This document shows, in pieces, positions 40,019 to 47,081 of a stretch of 64,000 nucleotides of DNA. A program made the translations under genes and the position numbers. Numbering within the stretch: the stretch's first letter is position 1; every line of letters starts with the position of its first letter. The notes under the pieces were generated by a model. That model did not search any database. It was not told where the DNA came from and worked only from the letters and a program-made list of their open reading frames with translations. The DNA comes from a virus: positions 32,001 to 96,000 of IMG/VR virus record IMGVR_UViG_3300044712_000833; one strand, written 5' to 3'.

Positions 40019-41386
40019 TTATTCATCGTCTTGTATAAAAGAAGGTTGTTCAGGCTGACCGTTTTCTTCCTGTTCCATATCGTACATTCTAAGAAAATCG
40101 CCTTCCCATCCAAGTTCTCTTTTTCCTTTTTTGCCTTCTCGATTCTTTACCCAAAACACCGCTGGCTTTCTGGTTGTTCTAATCATAACAACTGCATTGG
40201 GAGCCTTACCGCCAGCCTGACTTAAATCGTTAAGTTGATAATCATAAATCTTATCACGATATTCTGATCCGCCTTGACCACTAACTTTTTTATTTTGATG
40301 AACTGCTATGATTGCTACATCCATTTCTCTCTGATAAGCTTTTAATCGATAAGAAATATAATTAATCTTAATATGTTCGGGTTGCGAGTCACCGCTTCCA
40401 CCTATCATTATTTGTTCAATTTGGTCAATAAAAATTACCTTTACACCATCAGCAACAGCTTTTCTGATTTTTGTTCTAAGGAGTGGTAATGTCATTTCAG
40501 AGGAATCGTCATAAACGAGAGGAGACTTTGAAATTTTTCCTAAAGCTTCTTGATACTTAACTAATTCACTATCTGATAATTGACCCTTTTCGATTCGAAT
40601 TTGAGATATGCCAGTTTGTCTCTGAACAAGCTTGTTATTAATTTCTTCAGCACTAGACTCGAAGGTAAAAAGTTTTACTTTTACTTTTTTAGTTTCTTCA
40701 GGATTTATTGCGATGTTATAAATAAGATTAAGTACTAAGGTTGACTTTCCTTCGTTTTGTTCTGAAGCAATAAGATAAAATCTAGGCGCAATTCCACCAG
40801 CATATTCATCCCAAAACTTAAGACCTGTTTCAATATACCTAGATTTTCCGTTGATGGTGTCTTGAAATTGTTGAATATTCTTTTCTGCAACATCCTTAGA
40901 TGTTCTTGTGTTTTGAGTTGGTGATCCAACATACGCACTAATTTTACCAGATTCAAAGTCCATCATGGATAAGATTTCAATTGGACGTTTACCTTCCTCA
41001 ACACCCTTTTTAATCTTTTCTGCCAACGCAGTTAGCTGTCTACTCGCTCTTAATTCTGAAATTTGAAAAGCGTAATTTTCAATTAATTCTGGACTTGAGT
41101 CCATATTTTTCAGATAATCTAAAGCATCTCTTCCATATAATTTTGTATTTGGAATGTTTATTTTTTCCAATAAACTTTTTCTTTCAAGATAATGAGAGAT
41201 AGTATCAATGTCTGGATACAAATCTGATTCTACTGTATCTTTAAAAGCCTCGTACAAAACCCCGTAAGGAACCCATCCAAAGGACGGTTTTTCTAACATG
41301 TCCTCTACTACAGAGAACAATGATCCATCTTTAAATAAAATACTAATTACATGAGCTTCTATGTTTTCATTATATGTTTTTGCCAT
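40019..41386 (-). CDS. DnaB-like replicative helicase
   Basis: Walker A variant ASEQNEGKST, FTFES, IFIDQ, VHQ, KNREG. Confidence 0.85.
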   Translation of the reverse strand: MAKTYNENIEAHVISILFKDGSLFSVVEDMLEKPSFGWVPYGVLYEAFKDTVESDLYPDIDTISHYLERKSLLEKINIPNTKLYGRDALDYLKNMDSSPELIENYAFQISELRASRQLTALAEKIKKGVEEGKRPIEILSMMDFESGKISAYVGSPTQNTRTSKDVAEKNIQQFQDTINGKSRYIETGLKFWDEYAGGIAPRFYLIASEQNEGKSTLVLNLIYNIAINPEETKKVKVKLFTFESSAEEINNKLVQRQTGISQIRIEKGQLSDSELVKYQEALGKISKSPLVYDDSSEMTLPLLRTKIRKAVADGVKVIFIDQIEQIMIGGSGDSQPEHIKINYISYRLKAYQREMDVAIIAVHQNKKVSGQGGSEYRDKIYDYQLNDLSQAGGKAPNAVVMIRTTRKPAVFWVKNREGKKGKRELGWEGDFLRMYDMEQEENGQPEQPSFIQDDE

Positions 41387-41910
41387 TAATCATCATCCTC
41401 CTTTAATATAGACTTCAAATTCTTTAAAGTTTTCTTTTTAGCTTCAGCAGAGGCTACTTCCACCTTCTCTACTGGTTGAACTTTGAATTCTTCACTTGAC
41501 TTTTCTTCGTCATTTAAAGTTCTAACTGCATTTATCAAAAGTCCTTTAATAGAAGCTGGACGAATAATCATAAATTTTTTATTTAGATTATCATAATGTC
41601 CTTTTGCTATATTCATTGCTTTTTTCATTTTTTCTTGAGAGGGCGCAACTGCGTTCAGTTCGTCTAATTGGAGAATCCACTCTTCAAAATTAGATTTCTG
41701 TTTTCGATTGGGAATGCCGCCTTCTGGAATATTGAATGTCTTATATAACAAACGAAGAGTCCCAATAACTCTTTCTGGATAATGGGTAAAGTGTTCTGGA
41801 TCATTTCCCATTTTTCCAAAATAAAACATACCGTCTAAAATGTCGCCTTTCTTATTTTGAGACATATAACTCCTTTGGAGCGTTTTTTGCGTAATGAAAT
41901 ATTGTAGCAA
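41386..41910 (-). CDS. Hypothetical replication-region protein
   Basis: Between primase and helicase; true start probably MSQNK. Confidence 0.5.
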   Translation of the reverse strand: MLQYFITQKTLQRSYMSQNKKGDILDGMFYFGKMGNDPEHFTHYPERVIGTLRLLYKTFNIPEGGIPNRKQKSNFEEWILQLDELNAVAPSQEKMKKAMNIAKGHYDNLNKKFMIIRPASIKGLLINAVRTLNDEEKSSEEFKVQPVEKVEVASAEAKKKTLKNLKSILKEDDD

Positions 41911-42742
41911 TTGTTATTTGATTCGGAGTAAATCTTTCCCAACGATACTCTAAAGCGTCTCTATCGTATTTAGAACTTTTCTGAGACCACTTATCCCATA
42001 AAATAAATCCCTCTTCCCCCAAAGTCTTCAAAGCAAGACCTACGTTTATCCATGAGAAATAATCTTCACATACCCATTGAGGTATTTTGTCTAAAGCCGT
42101 TGCTACTCGTTTTAATGTTTTATCAGAACTCTCATTGTAATTACTTTTTGAGTTCTGTTTTTTTTCTTTTCCACGAAGCCAATCAAATTTTTCCTCTAAA
42201 TCTTTAGGTAAATTTGCTGGTTCTCTACTCCAATCGTCAGCCATTTTATATTCTTTTTTAATTCCATCCTCGTAAATATAAGACGGAGGAACAATAAAAT
42301 AAGCACCTTCTGATCTAATATCTACTCCTGCTTTTACGTTGGCATGGCTATTCATTGTCCCTTTATAAACAACGTGTAATCCTCCAGAAGCAGTTATAGA
42401 ATGCAAAGCTCCTTGGTCACTTATTCCCATAGAAGCAAAGCTGTCAAATCCCTTTTTTCCGCCCCTAACGTCAATGTCTAATACAGTTATATTAGATTTC
42501 CCACAATAAATGCCAATACAAGCTTCAGGGTATCTACCCCACCATTCCTTGATTTGTTGAATGTCTAATGTAGCCATTTTAAAACCACCCTTGTTATAAG
42601 GGGCTTTGGTTGGAATTATTATTGTCTTTCCTTTTTCATTTACAAACGGCTTGCTAGGCTTTTCTCTTGCAGGAAAAACATACCACCCACGCCTAGCATA
42701 TTCAATTGCCTTTTCAAGTAGAATGTTTTGCATTTTATTCAC
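41852..42742 (-). CDS. Bifunctional primase-polymerase (Prim-Pol) with PriCT-2 domain
   Basis: GWYVFP, VLDID, TASGGLH, VDIRSEG.Y.IVPPS; WINVGLAL...WDKWS. Confidence 0.88.
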   Translation of the reverse strand: MNKMQNILLEKAIEYARRGWYVFPAREKPSKPFVNEKGKTIIIPTKAPYNKGGFKMATLDIQQIKEWWGRYPEACIGIYCGKSNITVLDIDVRGGKKGFDSFASMGISDQGALHSITASGGLHVVYKGTMNSHANVKAGVDIRSEGAYFIVPPSYIYEDGIKKEYKMADDWSREPANLPKDLEEKFDWLRGKEKKQNSKSNYNESSDKTLKRVATALDKIPQWVCEDYFSWINVGLALKTLGEEGFILWDKWSQKSSKYDRDALEYRWERFTPNQITIATIFHYAKNAPKELYVSK

Positions 42743-43208
42743 TCCAATATTCGTCTGATCCGTAGTCGTATATAATAGGGCTATGTTTTCCTATCATTCC
42801 CCAATTTCTATTTTCGTAATGCGGAACATCACCTATATCGTATTTTTTACAAAATTCCTTGACAATATTTCTTATCTCATCTGTTCTTTTATGAGAAGTA
42901 AAATGCAATCTTTTTTGAACAAGATATAACCCTTTTTTATCACATTTTACAACTGGTGCAAAATAATCTTCGTCCTTGTTTTTAACAATATATTTCCACT
43001 TTAAACTTTCTAATATATTTTGCTCAATTGAAGAATCATCTTTCTTGTTTAAAACTACCTTAACAACATAATCTTTATGTAAGAATATTTCTCTACAATG
43101 ATTGCGCCAAGGAATGTTCTTTTTCTTTAATAATTGATTATCTAAATAAACGTCTTTTCCAATTATTTCCACTGTCAGCATATTTTTATACAGGGATGTT
43201 ATTGGCAT
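42735..43208 (-). CDS. Minimal protein-kinase-like protein
   Basis: YVVKV, QNILE, D...NWG, IYDYG pattern. Confidence 0.5.
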   Translation of the reverse strand: MPITSLYKNMLTVEIIGKDVYLDNQLLKKKNIPWRNHCREIFLHKDYVVKVVLNKKDDSSIEQNILESLKWKYIVKNKDEDYFAPVVKCDKKGLYLVQKRLHFTSHKRTDEIRNIVKEFCKKYDIGDVPHYENRNWGMIGKHSPIIYDYGSDEYWSE

Positions 43209-43227
43209 CCCTGTATTTATAAAATTT

Positions 43228-43839
43228 CTATTCTATTAATTCTTTTGAAAAAATAATCCATTCTAAAATTTTATTTTTTCTTTCTTCTGTAAAGAAATCC
43301 AGCGATGAGTTATACCAATCTTCAAAACCCATCTTTCTTTTTGAACTATTGCATGATTTACAAGAAGGGACACAGTTGGTTATATCGTTTGAGCCATCGT
43401 TTATAATGTGGTCTTTATGAAAATCTTGTTTATTTATTTTTAAGTGAGTTTCTATATCGATTCCGCAATAGCAACAAAGATTGTCGAAATAATTTTTACA
43501 ATTTCTCCATTGATTATCGGATATTTTATGAAATCCTTTTTGGTAATATCTCTTTAGTTGATATTCTTTTATTTTAGATTTATTATTTTTTCTCCAGTTG
43601 GATTGAATGTTTTTATATTTTTCTGGATTGTCTTTATAGTTTCTCTTCGCCTTATCTAAAAAATAATCTTTGTCATTCAAATAAAGACTTTTATTGTAGG
43701 AACTTACTTTTTCTCTGTTCTCTATTTGATATTCTTTTTGATATTCAACCCTGCATTTTTTACAGGGTTGAATTATTTTATTTGATTTTTTGTAAAAGTC
43801 TTTATCTTCTTTTTCTATTAAGCACTTCGAACACTTCAT
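43228..43839 (-). CDS. HNH endonuclease
   Basis: CCYCG, DH, NCVPSCKSCNSSK. Confidence 0.85.
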   Translation of the reverse strand: MKCSKCLIEKEDKDFYKKSNKIIQPCKKCRVEYQKEYQIENREKVSSYNKSLYLNDKDYFLDKAKRNYKDNPEKYKNIQSNWRKNNKSKIKEYQLKRYYQKGFHKISDNQWRNCKNYFDNLCCYCGIDIETHLKINKQDFHKDHIINDGSNDITNCVPSCKSCNSSKRKMGFEDWYNSSLDFFTEERKNKILEWIIFSKELIE

Positions 43840-43845
43840 TATTAA

Positions 43846-44250
43846 TTAGAAGGGAATATCTGATTCGTCAGGGGTTTCCACAGGAACTTCTACTTCAGAT
43901 TGACGAGGGTTTCCAGAAGCATTTGATCCAAGGAATTGAAAATTACTCATAACAACCTTTGTGAAATACTTTACATCACCATTCTTATCTTCAAACTTAT
44001 CAGTCTTTAAGCGACCTTCAACATAGAGTTGACTTCCCTTATGAACATATTCCTGAATAACATCGCCCAACTTTCCCCAAACTTCAATGTTGAACCATTC
44101 GGTTTCTTTTCTGGTTTCGCCACCCTGAGTCTTGTAAGAATTGTTTACCGCAATGCTGAAAGAAACAACTTTCTTTCCTGAATTAGTATATTTTCCTTCA
44201 GGGTCTTTTCCTACATTCCCCATTAATTGTACGCGATTTAGATTAGCCAT
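43846..44250 (-). CDS. ssb: Single-stranded DNA-binding protein
   Basis: LNRVQLMGNVGKDPE, TEWF, VEGRL, acidic DIPF tail. Confidence 0.95.
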   Translation of the reverse strand: MANLNRVQLMGNVGKDPEGKYTNSGKKVVSFSIAVNNSYKTQGGETRKETEWFNIEVWGKLGDVIQEYVHKGSQLYVEGRLKTDKFEDKNGDVKYFTKVVMSNFQFLGSNASGNPRQSEVEVPVETPDESDIPF

Positions 44251-44265
44251 TTTTATTTAGTCTCC

Positions 44266-45210
44266 TTATACCTTTTTCATTTCATCAAGAACAATTTTTA
44301 ACTTTTCAAGACTGAGTTCGTTTGGATTTCCATGTTTTTCAAAAACAAGAGTCTTGTAATCCTTTTCAGGATTAGATTTTACCAACTGAGCAACTTCGCG
44401 TTTCACATCAGCCAATGTTCGATTATCAGCCAAAACAACAGGTGCTTCATCTGAACCACTGTCGAGCCAATTCATCAAATCTCGACCAACTTGAGGATTA
44501 ATCTTGAAAGTCTTACCGTCCAAGAGTCCAGTACGATCTTTACTTGCTACGGCAGTATGATTGTCATCAATGTCCAAAAAGACAGTGAATTCGTATTCCA
44601 TACCTTCACGTTGAACAGGCTTCAAACCCAACTTGCGAACTCGACTGTTACCGTGTTCGTCTTTCTCTTGAACATACTCCATCTTTGACCGCATGGTTGC
44701 GATTAAGTGCATGTTGCATTGGAGCATCTTGTCAACAAATCGGTTGTGGTCAGGTGTTACTTCTCGCCATGCCGTATAACTATTTCCAGATTTGCTCTTC
44801 GTTGCTACAGTATTTTGCTTTTCAAGCAAACCCCCTTCTCCAGCCCATAGATGAGTAGTGCTGTCAACAATAGCAACTTCAATACCATTGTTTTCGCAAA
44901 TTTCAATTGCATTGATATACTTATCTGCACTAAATGGAGCTGTAAGAGTAATGGCGTTGTATTCGCCAATTTTAGTATTTGCAATCACGGAATTTACATA
45001 AAGTTCTCCGCTACCGTTTTCGGTATCGATAACTGCAATCTTTTCCCAAACTTTTTCGTCAGATAGATTGGGATATTTTTCTTTCATCAAACCAAAAGCC
45101 AACAAAAGTGATCCGGCAGTTTTTCCACCTCCGGCAGGAGCCGTAATGCCCATTTTCAAATAAGCCTTGCGACGAGCGGCTTTCTTCAATTGTAAAACTT
45201 GACTATTCAT
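44266..45210 (-). CDS. AAA-family (Sak4-like) recombination ATPase
   Basis: APAGGGKT, IDTENGS, VDSTTHLW, EYEF, KDRT. Confidence 0.85.
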   Translation of the reverse strand: MNSQVLQLKKAARRKAYLKMGITAPAGGGKTAGSLLLAFGLMKEKYPNLSDEKVWEKIAVIDTENGSGELYVNSVIANTKIGEYNAITLTAPFSADKYINAIEICENNGIEVAIVDSTTHLWAGEGGLLEKQNTVATKSKSGNSYTAWREVTPDHNRFVDKMLQCNMHLIATMRSKMEYVQEKDEHGNSRVRKLGLKPVQREGMEYEFTVFLDIDDNHTAVASKDRTGLLDGKTFKINPQVGRDLMNWLDSGSDEAPVVLADNRTLADVKREVAQLVKSNPEKDYKTLVFEKHGNPNELSLEKLKIVLDEMKKV

Positions 45211-45222
45211 TTATCCTCCAAA

Positions 45223-45720
45223 TTATTTTGTTAGTACTTCAACAATTCTATTTACTTCAATTGTAAAATTTTCATCATCCTCATATAAAACGGTATAATC
45301 ATTTAAATTTTCATTTGAATGATATTCTCGTTTTGAAAGATGAATTTTAAAGACCCCGTATTCTTCTTGTAAAAAGGGGACTAAACTCTTAGAAACCCCA
45401 TGCACAATAAGAACGAATTTATCAAACGTTTTATTCTCATGAATCTTTACTTCAGAGTCATCATCATTAAATGCTATAATTTTCTCTGCTAAATAACTCT
45501 TCTCAAAATCAAATAGTTCATTATATGAAACCAATTGATCTGATATAAACTTTTCTACTTCTTCTGTCTTATCGCCCTTCCAATAAAAATTCGATTTTAA
45601 ATTGTTTCTAAGTTTATTCTTCGGATTTATATTCCAAATCCATGCCATAGATTCAACTATATCGATGAACTTGTTTTTAGTTTGTGGGTCGCCTGACAGG
45701 AGAATTATTGCTTTTTTCAT
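45223..45720 (-). CDS. Hypothetical protein (possibly degenerate P-loop kinase fold)
   Basis: AAGGAG RBS; IILLSG start without intact Walker A. Confidence 0.5.
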   Translation of the reverse strand: MKKAIILLSGDPQTKNKFIDIVESMAWIWNINPKNKLRNNLKSNFYWKGDKTEEVEKFISDQLVSYNELFDFEKSYLAEKIIAFNDDDSEVKIHENKTFDKFVLIVHGVSKSLVPFLQEEYGVFKIHLSKREYHSNENLNDYTVLYEDDENFTIEVNRIVEVLTK

Positions 45721-45809
45721 TGTTTTCTCCTTTTTTATTTTATTTTTTACTGCGATTTTATCATCTAAAAATCACTTCATTATTATAACCTCCAATTTAA
45801 TTTTATAGG

Positions 45810-45886
45810 CGCGGGAGACAGGATTTGAACCCGTATGTGTCCAGTTACCCTTTCAACATGTTAGAAGCATGAGGGGATACACCCGC
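45810..45886 (-). tRNA. Non-canonical tRNA-Arg(UCU)-like gene lacking a normal D-arm
   Basis: Acceptor GCGGGTG/CTCCCGC, anticodon arm CATG-CTTCTAA-CATG, T-arm ACGGG-TTCAAAT-CCTGT; only 8 nt between acceptor and anticodon stems. Confidence 0.65.
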
Positions 45887-45999
45887 AAAATGAGAGTTTA
45901 GGATTTCTCACAACCAGCACATAATTATCCTACGCAAAGTTCGCCAATCTTGCGCTTCGATGAATGTGAAGTTCCGCTTCAACGGCATCCATCTATTTG

Positions 46000-46072
46000 A
46001 GCGAACAACGGGGAACGATCCCGCAACATCTTGATTGGAAATCAAGTACTCTACCAATTGAGTTATGTTCGC
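46000..46072 (-). tRNA. tRNA-Gly(UCC)
   Basis: Cloverleaf GCGAACA/TGTTCGC, CTTGA-TTTCCAA-TCAAG; atypical T-loop ATCGTTC; U73. Confidence 0.88.
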
Positions 46073-46090
46073 ATCTCAATCAATAATATA

Positions 46091-46119
46091 ATTCTACCAC
46101 AATTTTTTATTCTTGTCAA
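46091..46119 (-). promoter_or_regulatory. Sigma70-type promoter for tRNA-Gly/Arg-like unit
   Basis: TTGACA-17-TAGAAT with TGTGG. Confidence 0.75.
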
Positions 46120-46129
46120 GTGCTAAAAT

Positions 46130-46162
46130 AAAATTACCAGCCAAACATGACTGGTAATTTTT
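46130..46162 (-). terminator. Intrinsic terminator after hsp20
   Basis: AAAATTACCAG/CTGGTAATTTT inverted repeat. Confidence 0.65.
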
Positions 46163-46232
46163 AGAACAAGAGAACATTGAAATTAAATTACTTCCAATTA
46201 ACCTTTACATCAGGTTTAATTGGTTCATCAAA

Positions 46233-46541
46233 TTAGATGGAAAGAGTTAGAAATCCATTTTCAAGTTGAGAGTCAATTTGTTTAGGGGTTTTTCTAAACA
46301 AAAATCGATTGTTGACCTTGAATGTCCCAAAAAGATCATCTTCTTTTTCTCCTCGAATAGAGACTGAAGCCGTATATGGATATTCTCCGTCAAGAACTTC
46401 AATTGTAAGGTCTTCTCTAGATAAGCCAGCAACGTTTACTTTCAGAATAACCTTACCGTCTTTTTCTTGCGCCGCATACCCTGATCTTTCAAGAAAAGGT
46501 CGTTTAAAATATATTGAACTGTCAAAAAGTGAAGTGAACAT
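46233..46541 (-). CDS. Small heat-shock protein (Hsp20/alpha-crystallin), truncated by an in-frame TAA
   Basis: VNVAGLSREDLTIEV, LENGFLTLSI; AGGAGG RBS; reading frame continues 14 codons past the stop. Confidence 0.8.
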   Translation of the reverse strand: MFTSLFDSSIYFKRPFLERSGYAAQEKDGKVILKVNVAGLSREDLTIEVLDGEYPYTASVSIRGEKEDDLFGTFKVNNRFLFRKTPKQIDSQLENGFLTLSI

Positions 46542-46587
46542 ATAACCTCCTAAAGTGAAATGAAATTATCTGTTCTCTTGTTCTTAG

Positions 46588-46661
46588 TGAGTCCGAGAGG
46601 GGTCGAACCTCCAACTACGATGCTTAAAAGGCATGTCCTCTGCCAATTGAGGTACGGACTC
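46588..46661 (-). tRNA. tRNA-Lys(UUU)
   Basis: GAGTCCG/CGGACTC acceptor, ATGC-CTTTTAA-GCAT, GGAGG-TTCGACC-CCTCT. Confidence 0.9.
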
Positions 46662-46670
46662 GCTTTTTTG

Positions 46671-46743
46671 TGGGGATGGTAGGATTCGAACCTACGACCA
46701 AAGAATTATGAGTTCCCTGCGCTAACCTCTGCGCCACACCCCC
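46671..46743 (-). tRNA. tRNA with CAU anticodon (Ile2 more likely than elongator Met)
   Basis: GGGGGTG/CATCCCC, GGGAA-CTCATAA-TTCTT, GTAGG-TTCGAAT-CCTAC; paired 1:72 argues against initiator. Confidence 0.85.
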
Positions 46744-46917
46744 GAATTATCGGTTTTACTGCGGCTCCTCCGCTCTGATCCGCTCAGAGTCTCCCACCGA
46801 AAAGTCTTATCGTTATCATATCCGATAACGAAAACCGCTAGAATTAATAACGTTCAAAAGAGTTACAAAGACGAAAGTGACTTTGACTATCCTTTCATTA
46901 CAAACTCTCGTTATTAG

Positions 46918-46988
46918 CAGTACCCAAAGGAGTCGAACCTTCACCCTCGGTTTTGGAGACCTAGTGACTACCATTATCTTAGGGTACT
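46918..46988 (-). tRNA. tRNA-Trp(CCA)
   Basis: AGTACCC/GGGTACT, loop CTCCAAA, GAAGG-TTCGACT-CCTTT, G73. Confidence 0.85.
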
Positions 46989-47081
46989 AAATAAAATCCA
47001 TATTTTATAAATTTTTTGGTTAGATACGAGGAAAGTAGTCAATTCAACTGCATCTCATTACGGACTATTCCACCAAAAAAT

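Noticed and set aside
21713-41386. Inteins or introns in RNR, DNA polymerase or helicase
   Set aside because: Proteins are of normal or short length with contiguous motifs and no intein termini evident
45855-45872. Amber suppressor (CUA) reading of the rearranged tRNA
   Set aside because: The CATG/CATG stem centres the 7-nt loop CTTCTAA on TCT (Arg); CTA is off-register
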